The notes under the pieces: model-generated
The model's database searches: none
What the model saw: the letters and a program-made list of their open reading frames with translations, nothing else
What the model was told of the DNA's origin: nothing
Shown: positions 1 to 12,025 of the stretch, one piece after another
How the letters are laid out: each line of letters starts with the position of its first letter
Position numbering within the stretch: position 1 is the first letter of the stretch
Assembly (NCBI GenBank): GCA_030141605.1
Contig: JAQGDQ010001962.1
Span: forward strand, 1-19,236
Direction of reading: 5' to 3'
Source: Tubiluchus corallicola
Taxonomy: Eukaryota > Animalia > Priapulida
Length of the DNA: 19,236 nt
Translations under genes and position numbers: made by a program

Positions 1-524
1 AATTTTCTTTTGTTAACTAGGTAAGTCTGTCTATGGACACACGTAATATAATTATAATATTAATATTAATTGTAATATTAGAAAATCATATGACAATGTC
101 AGCTTCGTCGCCGGCAAATTAGCCCAATTTCTGGAGAACACACTCAGGCAGAAAACATTGCCGATTATAATTATAAGGGTAGCCAGTGATAGTACAGAAG
201 ACATATTGGACTGTGAAGAACTAATGATAAGTTTTGCTGGACATTATTAGGGAAAAGTACGTGTAAAAAAGCCTGTATTCGACTCAGTTAATCACTGTGT
301 GAATGATTGTGAGTCTGTGACCATAGATATATGCCTAACCTGTAGCAATTATATTCACATCTATGACTGTGGCTTGAGCAAGATGGCAAGCAAAAAATGT
401 TCCAGTGAGAATGTGTTTTGACATTTTCGCGATCTTATTAATCCTGTAATTTATTTTTTTGAAATTGAAAAAGAATGCATTCGTGTGAATAGTGCTTTTG
501 CTCGCTGCTTCCGTTTTTACGCGT

Positions 525-825
525 CACGGTGTGAACGGTTGACGCATGTGAACAGTTATTCTGTCTGTTAAGACGTTATTTTAAGTGCTTGGAAGTACAG
601 GGATATGCTATAATTAATTTTCTAACACAGAATGATAGTGTTGCATCGTGGTAATGATACACGTACTTTCATTGGTCCACGGTGTGAACAGTTGACGCAT
701 GTGAACAGTTATTCTGTCTGTTAAGAAAGTATTTTAAGTGCTTGTAAGTACAGGGACATGGTATAATTAATGAACACAGAATGATAGTGTTGCATCGTGG
801 TAATGATACACGTACTTTCATTGGT
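525..825. repeat. Tandem duplication, two copies of ~150 bp
   Basis: CACGGTGTGAAC...ACGTACTTTCATTGGT occurs at 525-676 and 678-825, with a few substitutions and a small indel. Confidence 0.95.
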
Positions 826-949
826 TGAGCTTAAGAGGATGAAGATGAAATCGAGGCTGGTATGTAAACAGTTGCATGTATTTATTTTCTAGCCAAAATA
901 TTAGAGTAGCAAATATTCATTGATTGTAAGCTGAATTTTTGAATTTAAA

Positions 950-1160
950 TTATTATTGTTATTGTTGTAGTCGCTGTTTCCGCTATTGCTGTTGCTGCTG
1001 CTGTTGATGTTGCTATCGCTGTTGCTACTGCTGCTGCTACTACTGCTGATGCTGTTACTGCTGCTGCTGTTGTTGTTGTTGCTGCTGCTACTGTTGGATC
1101 TGGTACTATTGCTGATCCTGCTGTTGCTACTGATGTCGTTGCTTCTCGCTGCTGTCTGGT
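950..1160. repeat. Degenerate trinucleotide microsatellite (CTG/TTG/CTA)n
   Basis: Direct reading; accounts for the poly-Leu ORF 986-1192. Confidence 0.9.
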
Positions 1161-1210
1161 TGAATTTATTTAATCAACTGTTCACATATTAATTATTTTT
1201 TTTCAATTGA

Positions 1211-1848
<638 letters not shown>

Positions 1849-2268
1849 TCTATTCCTTGATGAATTAACCCATGCTCGACTGACTGGTCGCGAAATTTAA
1901 ATTCAATGCAGACGCTGCCTTTCCGTTTCGTATTAATCGACTGCCGACCGGAAGTTGTGCTGCACAAATTACCCAAAGCCGGATGTATTTGCAGAAATGT
2001 TGTCCTTGATTCCTCTTTGTCTGAGAGAAAGAGAAACAGAGAGAGACTTCCAGAATGAAAATGGGCTACTTTCCATTCGTATTTAGAGGGAAATAAAAAT
2101 GTTAGGATAAAAAATGGGGCAAATATATTTTCAGGCAAGGAAAGCAGTTTCAGTGTCACGATGTGAGCACCCAAAAGTTAGGCAACGGCATGTTTGGTTA
2201 TTAATTAGATGGTTGACCACTGGCAAATGTCTTTTTCGTTTAGTTTAATTTAAAATTTCCATCTGTTA

Positions 2269-2915
2269 CCGTATTTTCCCGTGTATAAGAGACCCTTTTT
2301 TGCTCAGAATTTTCACTTTAAAAATAGGGGGTCTCTTATACACGGGAGTAAGTCTTTTCAATCAGATGCATAAATTGTGACACTAATGATTTTAAAGAAA
2401 TAAGTGCTCTACAACTGTTTTATTTCGAATAATTATAGTTTCCTTTCAATAAATCTTCTCCATGGCTAAATTCTAATGATAAAATTATTAATATTAATCA
2501 CGAAGTGGATGCAAGATGCCGACTCCAATCTGACACCAACTGGAAAGATAAGAAAGCCAACCCTTGGAGAAGTCTGCAGCTGGGTCCTCAAGGCATGGAA
2601 TGGTGTAAAGCCAGAGGTCATTATTAAATCTTTCAAGAAGTGTGGCATCTCCAATGCCATGGACGGCACAGAGGACAATGCCATTTTTGAGCAGAGTGAC
2701 TCCTCTGATGATGAACTGGCTGGAATTGCAGTTGATATTTTTGATGAGAGTGATGAGGAATTTAATGATTTCTATGATGAATAAAGTTATTCATTACCAA
2801 AAAACTTTTTTCCAGAATTTTTGCCTAAAAATTGAAGGGGTCTCTTATACACAAGGGTCTCTTATACACAAGGGTCTCTTATACACAAGGGTCTCTTATA
2901 CACGGGAAAATACGG
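2269..2915 (+). mobile_element. Internally deleted pogo-type (Tc1/mariner superfamily) DNA transposon
   Basis: Perfect 27-bp TIR CCGTATTTTCCCGTGTATAAGAGACCC, TA target duplication (2267-2268, 2916-2917), internal transposase remnant and subterminal copies of the TIR motif. Confidence 0.93.
2476..2784 (+). pseudogene. C-terminal fragment of a pogo/POGK-like DDE_1 transposase
   Basis: LTPTGKIRKPTLGEVCSWVLKAWNGVKPEVIIKSFKKCGISNAMDGTED plus an acidic tail matches the characteristic C-terminus of POGK/Tigger-like transposases. The N-terminus and catalytic core are missing. Confidence 0.88.
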
Positions 2916-2968
2916 TATCCGCCAAGGGACATTGTGCTGACTTCTAAGAGTAGTTAATTCAATTCCTG

Positions 2969-3443
2969 TTTTAGTGCTTCCTCCTTTAGTGCTTTATCTT
3001 TTAGTGCTTCCCCTTTTAGTGCTTCCCCTTTTAGTGCTTCCTCTTTTAGTGCTTCATCTTTTAGTGCTTCCCCTTTTAGTGCTTCATCTTTTAGTGCTTC
3101 CCCTTTTAGTGCTTCCCCTTTTAGTGCTTCCCCTTTTAGTGCTTCCTCTTTTAGTGCTTCATCTTTTAGTGATTCATCTTTTAGTGCTTCCTCTTTTAGT
3201 GCTTCCTCTTTTAGTGATTAACTTTTCAGTGCTGCCTCTTTTAGTGCTTCCCCTTTTAGTGCTTCCTCTTTTAGTGCTTCCCCTTTTAGTTCTTCCTCTT
3301 TTAGTGCTTCATGTTTCAGTGCTTCATGTTTCAGTGCTTCATCTTTTAGTGCTTCCTCTTTTAGTGCTCCATGTTTTAGTGCTTCATCTTTTAGTGCTTC
3401 CCCTTTTAGTGCTTCATGTTTTAGTGAATCATCTTTCAGTGCT
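2969..3443. repeat. 15-bp minisatellite (TTTAGTGCTTCCYCT), ~31 copies
   Basis: Direct reading; produces the LLVLP repeat ORF. Confidence 0.97.
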
Positions 3444-3657
3444 TTTTCACAAATAAAAAGAAAACAGAATATTTATGCAGACAATATTTGCAGCATCGAT
3501 TATTTCCTTTCTAAAATTTATAAAAATTTTACATCCATGAATGTTCCCTTCTCTTGTTATCTCTCTCAAGCTCAAAGATGGATTTTCGGTTACTCTGTGA
3601 TACCCTGTTATCTTCGTTTATCAATCTACAACAAAATCACATTTTCAGCCGTTTGTT

Positions 3658-4947
3658 GTTCTCTGTGGTCACAGGATTCGTTCTTTTCTGTGGTTACAGT
3701 ATTCGTTCTTCTCTGTGGTCACAGGATTCGTTCTTCTCTGTGGTTACAGGATTCGTTCTTCTCTGTGGTTACAGTATTCGTTCTTCTCTGTGGTCTAAGT
3801 ATTCGTTCTTCTCTGTGGTCACAGTATTCGTTCTTCTCTGTGGTCACAGTATTCGTTCTTCTCTGTGGTCACAGTATTCGTTCTTCTCTGTGGTCACAGT
3901 ATTCGTTCTTCTCTGTGGTCACAGTATTCGTTCTTCTCTGTGGTCACAGTATTCGTTCTTCTCTGTTGTCACAGTATTCGTTCTTCTCTGTGGTCACAGT
4001 ATTCGTTCTTCTCTGTGGTCACAGTATTCGTTCTTCTCTGTGGTCACAGTATTCGTTCTTCTCTGTGCTCACAGTATTCGTTCTTCTCTGTGCTCACAGT
4101 ATTCGTTCTTCTCTATGGTTACAGTATTCGTTCTTCTCTGTGGTCACAGGATTCGTTCTTTTCTGTGGTTGCAGTATTCGTTCTTCTCTGTGGTTACAGG
4201 ATTCGTTCTTTTCTGTGGTTACAGTATTCGTTCTTCTCTGTGGTTACAGTATTCGTTCTTCTCTGTGGTTACAGTATTCGTTCTTTTCTGTGGTTACAGT
4301 ATTCGTTCTTCTCTGTGGTCACAGGATTCGTTCTTTTCTGTGGTTACAGTATTCGTTCTTCTCTGTGGTCACAGGATTCGTTCTTCTCTGTGGTTACAGG
4401 ATTCGTTCTTCTCTGTGGTTACAGTATTCGTTCTTCTCTGTGGTCTAAGTATTCGTTCTTCTCTGTGGTCACAGTATTCGTTCTTCTCTGTGGTCACAGT
4501 ATTCGTTCTTCTCTGTTGTCACAGTATTCGTTCTTCTCTGTGGTCACAGTATTCGTTCTTCTCTGTTGTCACAGTATTCGTTCTTCTCTGTGGTCACAGT
4601 ATTCGTTCTTCTATGTGGTCACAGTATTCGTTCTTCTCTGTGCTCACAGTATTCGTTCTTCTCTGTGGTCTAAGTATTCGTTCTTCTCTGTGGTCACAGT
4701 ATTCGTTCTTCTCTGTGGTCACAGTATTCGTTCTTCTCTGTGCTCACAGTATTCGTTCTTCTCTGTGGTCACAGTATTCGTTCTTCTCTGTGGTCACAGT
4801 ATTCGTTCTTCTCTGTTGTCACAGTATTCGTTCTTCTCTGTGGTCACAGTATTCGTTCTTCTCTGTGCTCACAGTATTCGTTCTTCTATGTGGTCACAGT
4901 ATTCGTTCTTCTATGTGGTCACAGTATTCGTTCTTCTCTGTGCTCAC
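3658..4947. repeat. 25-bp satellite (ATTCGTTCTTCTCTGTGGTCACAGT), ~52 copies
   Basis: Direct reading; open in all three + frames, which explains the overlapping ORFs. Confidence 0.98.
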
Positions 4948-5215
4948 ACATTTGATTTGTGAAGGTTTTTCAAGTTGTGACGAAATTTGAAAAATAACGA
5001 ACTTACGATCCACAGTGAATGACAAAGTTCAACATCTTAATTATAATTATAATGTTGATTGCTGCTGTATTCATAATAATTGCATACTAGACCGTGTCAT
5101 TGTAATCAATGAAACATGTGACTAATTGCATCTTTATAGCCTGATTGAACCGCGTGCTATGCTTAAAATAAACGAGCATGCATTTACATTTGTGTAAAAC
5201 AAATTTACTATATAT

Positions 5216-5322
5216 TCATCATCATCATCATCATTATCATCATCATCATCGTCATCATCGTCATCATCATCATCATCATCATCACCATCATCATCACCTC
5301 CATCATCATCATCGTCATCATC

Positions 5323-5408
<86 letters not shown>

Positions 5409-5616
5409 TGTGATTGCAATGATGATGATAACAGCAATGGTAATAGTAACGGTAATGGTTATGGTTATGGTAATGATAATGATAAAGATGATACTAATAA
5501 TAATAATAGTGATAATAATAATAATAAAACTAAAAATAAAAATAATAATAATAATAATAATAAAAATAATCATCATCATCATCATCATCATCACCATCAT
5601 CATCATCGTCATCATC

Positions 5617-5693
<77 letters not shown>

Positions 5694-5715
5694 TGTTGTT
5701 ACTATTGTTATTGTT

Positions 5716-5754
<39 letters not shown>
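5216..5754. repeat. Compound microsatellite (CAT)n(AAT)n ... (CAT)n(AAT)n(TGT)n
   Basis: Direct reading; the CGTCATCATCGT(AAT)n junction occurs twice. Confidence 0.97.
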
Positions 5755-5789
5755 GGAGTGTATTGTGTTGACTATGTGCGGGGTTTTCT

Positions 5790-5896
5790 CTGTGTAGTTT
5801 TTTCTTCATTGTAATGTACTGCATTGTTTATGTAATTATGTTTTCTAACTTGTAATTATAATTGTAATTGTATGGATTGTAAATCAGTAATAAAAG

Positions 5897-5945
<49 letters not shown>

Positions 5946-6000
5946 TATATCATTTATTGACGATTTACAAGCCATACAACACCAATTACAATACAATAAC
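5790..6000. mobile_element. Two probable LINE 3' ends, tail-to-tail around a (GT)n tract at 5900-5942
   Basis: + strand TTGTATGGATTGTAAATCAGTAATAAAAGATAT versus - strand TTGTATGGCTTGTAAATCGTCAATAAATGATAT. A T-rich UTR, AATAAA and a simple-repeat tail are typical of CR1/L2-group 3' ends. Confidence 0.55.
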
Positions 6001-6776
6001 ATATACATATATATAATTTACTGATGATGTAAACAAAAAACTAGGAGATAAAAATCATCATGTCAAACTCAAGCTAATAAGTTACGTTTTGTCTAAACTT
6101 CTCCTTATTCCAGTCTTTCCAGTGTTTACAGCGTTCAGAGTAAATTGCGTGTCATCATTGTCTAGGTTACCCAGCTTCTGCATCTTGTCCAGTGAGACAA
6201 TCGCGTGTCAATTACTGACATTGCATCCTACCACTTAGCAGACGTTTGAACTTATTAGCGCACGAGATCTCGCGAGAGATGGACTAATTTGGCGACGGCC
6301 TAGCGGGAAATGAGAAACTGTGTTGTGATGCCACGCGAGTACTCGTAAGATGGGCGTCTATTGTATTCTCTTAAACAAAGATGTTTTTACTTTGGTTTTG
6401 GGTTTGTGGCACAGAAAACACGTTTTTGTACACGTTTCTACGATTTTCTCAACTTGCAGTGATTTTCACACGTCTTTAGGTGCCTTTTCACACGTGTTTC
6501 GATGGCTTCTTACCCATATTTTTCACGTATGTTCACAGACAACAACTCTGCCTGTGGGGTTGTCACACAGTTAAATACCTTTTAATTTTAAAAGATTTTC
6601 TGGAACTTGCGCCATGCGTGGCATATCGTAATCGTTTTAACATACTGCGCACGCACAGGGAACTGTAAATTTTAAAAAACATTTACTTAGTTGTACATAG
6701 TCATAGTTGTATTTTAAAATAATTTTGGGAACTGCAGCGGACAAACCAGATCAGTAAAGTAGTTCTAAGGAAAATC

Positions 6777-7453
6777 TGCGTTCCTCAAGGATCAATATTG
6801 GGACCCTTGTTATTTTTGATTTATATTAATGATTTAGGAAATACAAGTTATTCTCCATCAGATTTGCTGACGATTCCTGTTTTATTATATCAGACAAAAA
6901 CATTGTGTTTCTCTGTAGCACGGTAAATGCTGAACTTGAATTTATGTCCTGGTGGTTGATGGGCAACACATTAAGTTTAATAATTAAGAAAACTAATTTT
7001 ATAATTTTCAGTACAAAAATAGGAATTACGTTAAATCTGATAGCAAAATAAGTATCACATTTACCGTATTGACCAAGTCACGGAAAATAAATTTTTTGGT
7101 GTCGTTTCAGACTACAAATTCTCATGGAAAAAGTATACAAAGTATATTTGTTCTAAACTTAGAAAAGTTTTTTGTATAGTAAAAAGTGTTGTAAACTCTT
7201 AGATACTTCAAAACTTAAGCAACTATGTTACACTTTTGTGCAGACATATAAGGTAACGCTTACATGGATTCATTAGATGGAGCAGGTAAAAATGCAAAAA
7301 AGCTCATTAAAATAATTATGTTACCAAATTACTGAGCTCACGCCAGTAAATTGTTTGAAGTTTTAAAAATATTGAAACAGGATAACGTTGTTGTCTTCAG
7401 AAATTGTTGTTTTGTATATAAGTATGTTAATAATTTGTTACCTGATGTATTCG
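6777..7453 (+). pseudogene. Decayed non-LTR retrotransposon ORF2 reverse transcriptase (CR1/L2 group, Crack/Daphne-like)
   Basis: Manual translation across frameshifts gives VPQGSILGPLLFLIYINDL (from 6780), FSIRFADDSCF...VNAELEFMSWWLMGNTLSLIIKKTNFIIF (from 6851), KFFGVVSDYKFSWKKYTKYICSKL, and HASKLFEVLKILK...FVYKYVNNLLPDVF. Confidence 0.93.
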
Positions 7454-7472
7454 AATTCATGTTTGTTCTTAA

Positions 7473-7682
7473 AGCAAAACCGGACCAAATCTCAAACTGC
7501 AGGTCAAAACAATCTACTCTTTAAAATATTGAAAGGAAAAATACTACTTTTTTTAAAAATGACTTACGTAAGAGAATTATTATCACACAAACACAATTTC
7601 ACGTTTGCCTCACTAGTTCTCCGTTGTTACATGCATGTCGGCATTCGCTAGTTAGACGGGTACCAGCGCCTGCATCACGGAA
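7473..7682 (+). mobile_element. Kolobok-like non-autonomous element, family A, left-end fragment inserted in the LINE
   Basis: Starts TTAA|AGCAAAACC and is homologous to the reverse complement of 14350-14557 and to 14735-14855. A TTAA target with RR termini is the Kolobok signature. Confidence 0.75.
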
Positions 7683-7769
7683 ACTTCATTAAGCAGTGCT
7701 TGCATTAATATGATCCTGGCTGTGCTGTGAGCTAAAAGATTTCTACAGCCTGTATTGACTTGAAAGACC

Positions 7770-7865
7770 TTATTCCAATTTTAATAATTTTATAAATTTC
7801 CGACATAATGTAAAATACCTATCATATTGCATAATGCGTCTATTTGTGAATATGGAAATAAACTT
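7770..7865 (+). mobile_element. Possible C-terminus and 3' end of the LINE, resuming after the insertion
   Basis: NNFINFRHNVK resembles the S..FK..LK motif at the end of ORF2, and is followed by GGAAATAAAC. Confidence 0.35.
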
Positions 7866-8220
7866 ATGTTTCGTTTCCCGTGGGATAACTCCAAACTTGG
7901 CTTCATTAGCGCTGAGAGGATTGAATGACCTTGATCAACATGCAAACCAAATGTCTGTATGTTTATCGTTAAACAATTGTGTTTTACAGCTACTGACTAA
8001 ATCCACTTTGCTAGTCTCTGCCATCGGTCGTACCTGCTTTAAAACAATAAATCTTAATTTATTTTGGCCAATAAAAGCCCCGCTTTTGCACGATTTAATT
8101 ATTTATAGCAGATTTCGTTCGACTGTAAAATCTGTTGGTTTTACCTGGTGTGACTGTGTACAGTAAGAGAAGTGACTCAGAGGCAGTTGAAGGAAAGAGT
8201 GCTGTCGATCATGCTGTTAA

Positions 8221-8676
8221 CCCTTTCATACCTCTTGTATCCCGGGGGATACGAGAATATTTCTGCCTTTAAAATTAATAAAATTTTAAAACTGACAGTT
8301 ATTTGATCTGTTAATAGTTATTTTGATTTAAGCCAATAACAATGGACTAAAAATGGTGATAAAATTGCAAACTAGAAAATGTACATAGCACAAAAACTGT
8401 GCAAGGTACAGTACTTTAGAGACGACTTTGTACAGATCAGCATAGCATGCATACTAAATGTCTTAAATACTTTAAAAAATTATCAGCAGTTGCAAAATGA
8501 AGCACATTTTATGCTTCCATTGAATCCCAATGTATCCTGTGGGATACGTGCTATATTTAGCACACGGACACAGGTAGAAAAATATATAATTATGTGTAAA
8601 CAAGATGGCCATACTGAACAAAAGTTCCAAGCCAAAACATTTTTTCTTATTAAAAAATAATTTGGGACTGAAAGGG
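8221..8676. mobile_element. piggyBac-type MITE, 456 bp
   Basis: TTAA|CCCTTTCA ... TGAAAGGG|TTAA, with internal palindromic motif GTATCCNNNGGGATAC at 8237-8252 and 8532-8547. Confidence 0.9.
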
Positions 8677-8969
8677 TTAAGCTATAAGTGAAATTACTGA
8701 AATGTTGCTGAATATGAGCAGTTTGCATAGGAGCTGATAAAGACCTTGACGTGTTTAAGATGATTTTACATAGGAACAAATAATACTTTGATTCTGTCAT
8801 AATTGAAATTAGTCAGCTATAGCTAAAACTGAATGTTTGGCAAGGAAATCCATGAAAAGTATAGACTCTCAACAAAGGGAAAATTTTTGAGGCCTAAATA
8901 CTATGATTTTATCTTATTGGGTGGGGAATGTTTAAGTTGTTCACATTGTCAAGATAGCTATGAAGTTAA

Positions 8970-10082
8970 AAGAAAGAACAAGTATGTTGGGTTTATTTTA
9001 CTGTTATTACTTAAACTGTTTGTGGTGTGCTAAAGGAGTTAACAAGTCAAACAGTTTGTTGTGTTTATTTTACTGTTATTACCTAAACTGTTTGTGGTGT
9101 GCTAAAGGAGTGAACAAGTCACTCAGTTTGTTGTGTTTATTTAACTGTTATTATTTAAACTGTTCGTGGTGTGCTAAAGGAGTGAATAAGCCACTCAGTA
9201 TGTTGGGTTTATTTTACTGTTATTACTTAAACTGTTCGTGGTGTGCTAAAGGAGTGAACAAGTCGCTTAGTATGTTGGGTTTGTTTTACTGTTATTACTT
9301 AAACTGTTTGTGGTGTGCTAAAGGAGTGAACAATCCACTCAGTATGTTGGGTTTATTTTACTGTTATTACTTAAACTGTTTGTGGTGTGCTAAAGGAGTA
9401 AACAAGTCGCTCAGTATGTTGGGTTTATTTTACTGTTATCACTTAAACTGTTTGTGGTGTGCTAAAGGAGTGAACAAGTCGCTCAGTATGTTGCGTTTAT
9501 TTTACTGTTATTACTTAAACTGTTTGTGGTGTGCTAAAGGAAAGAACAAGTCGCTCAGTATGTTGGGTTTATTTTACTGTTATCACTTAAAGTTAGAAAA
9601 ATATAACAAAGAAATTTGCGAAGAACTGTCTATAAAGCATAAATTTAAAATCTACTACCGCTGAATAGAAATTTTCATGCGTGGAATCACTTGAAACTCA
9701 TGACGTAACTGGGAGACTTCGTGAGTTTACGTAAGTGCGTCGTGGCTTTCCGTAAGCGCGCGTTGCTTAAACTAATTCAAACTTGTGTAGCTTACCTAAT
9801 GTTGAGGCAAAGATATTTCAAAATTAGCTATCTAATTTTTTGTAAAATTTATTACACTTTTGACGAAGATTGACAGCGTGCTACTTTTCTTCAGGACGAA
9901 TGACGTCATTGGAAGAAGAATGGGCGTTGAAAATGGGAGCACTCAGGCGTGAAGTGATCGCGACTTTAAAGTGATTTTACTAATTACACGGGGCGCTTAT
10001 TGCAGTTGTATTACTGAATCCTTCTAACATTTTTCACGAACATTGAAATAAGCCTAACTTCCCAGAAGACTTGACTTTTCCT
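8970..10082. mobile_element. Putative Kolobok-like non-autonomous element, family B
   Basis: TTAA|AAGAAAGAACAAGT at the left and ACTTGACTTTTCCT|TTAA at the right (10/14 inverted match; 11/14 to the last array unit AGGAAAGAACAAGT). Confidence 0.5.
8981..9591. repeat. 72-bp tandem repeat, ~8.5 copies
   Basis: AGTATGTTGGGTTTATTTTACTGTTATTACTTAAACTGTTTGTGGTGTGCTAAAGGAGTGAACAAGTCGCTC; the period is confirmed by matching starts at 8981 and 9341. Confidence 0.97.
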
Positions 10083-10104
10083 TTAAACGTCATCAGGTTT
10101 CAAT

Positions 10105-10146
10105 TCATCTTCTTCCTCATCATCACCATCTTCTTCTTCTTCTTTC
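10105..10146. repeat. Short (CTT/CAT)n microsatellite
   Basis: Direct reading. Confidence 0.8.
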
Positions 10147-10540
10147 TAGTTTTGTCTTCTTACGCCAATGATGAAGCCGTGGTAATTGCGTACGAATGGT
10201 TTCTTTAACGTTAAGGTGTTTACGGGCTTAACCGGACTATCCGCATAGGCAACAACACTATCAACAATTGTTCTGTCTGTTTTTTATTTTGTTTGATATT
10301 CACATTTGTTGGAAAGTGTAGGTGTCAAGTTTAAAAACACAGCCATTCGCTTTCGAGAAGCTGAGGCAGACGCCAACGCCGCCCTGGCGGAAAATGTCAA
10401 CAATAACGCATTCAAGCAGCTAGACAAGGAACAGGTGGATAAAGTACAAAAGGTTGTTCTAAACAACCAAGACTTGGGCAATATGCTAGCGACACCTAGC
10501 GAGATTTTATGAAACGTTTTTAGAAACTGCTCATGAACCT

Positions 10541-10860
10541 TATTATTTATTATTATTATTATTATTATTTATTATTTTATTTATAATGCATCTATGAACA
10601 GAAAACAAGAGAACTTATATGTCCATTGAAAACATTGTAAAATATATCGACAATGTATAGAAAGTAAAATTATAGCTAAAAGTACAAAATACATAGTACA
10701 TGGTTAGTACAATATAAAACACACAAATACGTGCAAAACGATTAAAATAACAGACAAAAAGATGAAAACTTGGTTAATACGAAAAGATTGTATAATTATG
10801 ATAAAAAATTTACATCAATTATGAAATCACACATTTTCTAGAATATATTTTTTATTATAC
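10541..10860 (-). mobile_element. Probable LINE 3' UTR with (TAA)n tail
   Basis: The minus strand reads T-rich, then GGACATATAAGTTCTCTTGTTTTCTG...ATAAATAAAAT(AAT)n, resembling L2/Crack-type 3' ends. Confidence 0.45.
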
Positions 10861-11101
10861 TTGGCCCTAAAATTTGGCACCCCTCAGATAATGGCGTCCA
10901 GGGATACAGCGTAGTTAGTCTATTTGTGAGTAACCACCCCCCCCCCGCCTGTGGTGACTGACTGCTTCAACAGTGAAACCAGCTTTTGATGAAATTTTGT
11001 TGTGTTTGTTTACATCTATTAAAACACTGTTGATTAGCTTATTATTTAAATCAAAACAAATACACATCATTTCCAGATGTTCTTTGTTAGTCGAATTTTG
11101 G

Positions 11102-11555
11102 TGAATGAATGAATGAACGAATGAATGAGTGAACGAGAGAATGAATGAACGAACGAACGAATGAATGAATGAATGAATGAATGAATGAATGAATGAATGA
11201 ATGAATGAATGACAGAATGAATGAACGAGTGTATACATTAATGAATGAATGAATCAATGAACGAATGAACGAAAGAACGAATGAACGAATGAACGCATGA
11301 ACGAATGAACGAATGAACGAATGAACGAATGAACGAATGAACGAATGAATGAATGAATGAATGAATGAATGAATGAATGAATGAATGAATGAATGAATGA
11401 ATGAATGAATGAATGAATGAATGAATGAATGAGTGAGTGAACGAATGAACGAGTGCATTAATGAATAAATGAAATAATGAACAAATTAACGCATGAACGA
11501 GTAAACGAATGAATAAATGAATGAACGAACGAATGAATGAACAAGTGAATGAACA
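11102..11555. repeat. (GAAT/GAAC)n tetranucleotide microsatellite, degenerate at the edges
   Basis: Direct reading; explains the HSFI ORFs. Confidence 0.97.
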
Positions 11556-11688
11556 ACAATTGTAGTAACTAATGAACAATTTGAGCAGGTAACCACCTGA
11601 CATGTTTTTTCCAAAATCAACTCAGCCAATCAGCATGCTACATTTTGCAAACATACCAACCGCCGATTCGTTGCTCAACTGTGTAAAA

Positions 11689-11778
11689 AAGGTTCCCCAT
11701 ATTGACCCACAGGTACTGTTACACGCGCCGGTGAAGGTTACCCATATTGACCCACAGATACTATTACACGCGTCGGTG
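11689..11778. repeat. 45-bp tandem duplication
   Basis: AAGGTTMCCCATATTGACCCACAGRTACTRTTACACGCGYCGGTG in two copies. Confidence 0.92.
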
Positions 11779-11933
11779 GTTTATAACAACAACGTGGCAA
11801 CGTTTAATTGAACCTGCAGTAAAATGCATAATAAAATAACATTAGAACAGAATCGTTAATGACAGGTGATTAAAGGTAAAACCAGAATTAATATAGTTAA
11901 CCGGTAAAAGGTTATGAACTTGAATTTTCTCTT

Positions 11934-11978
11934 GCACTCGTAGTCTAAAGTTCGCGAGTTCGAATCCTCGGTTCACCA
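11934..11978 (+). mobile_element. tRNA-derived fragment (3' half with B box), likely a SINE head remnant
   Basis: CTCGTAGTCTAAAGTTCGCGAGTTCGAATCCTCGGTTCACCA resembles anticodon loop, variable arm and T arm with GTTCGAATCC. No complete cloverleaf. Confidence 0.5.
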
Positions 11979-12025
11979 ACACAACGATTATTGTTCGTAA
12001 ACATGATATTTCCACATTGCTTATC

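Noticed and set aside
2974-4990. Long ORFs of 160-478 aa
   Set aside because: Translations of the 15-bp and 25-bp repeats, open in several frames at once.
5178-5814. Poly-His/Asn/Ile ORFs (likewise poly-Leu at 986 and the HSFI ORFs at 10915-11603)
   Set aside because: Microsatellite translations.
8960-9664. Cys-rich 24-aa repeat protein
   Set aside because: Coincides with the 72-bp array, which is better explained as transposon-end DNA; no recognisable domain.
11934-11978. Functional tRNA gene
   Set aside because: No D arm, A box or acceptor stem.
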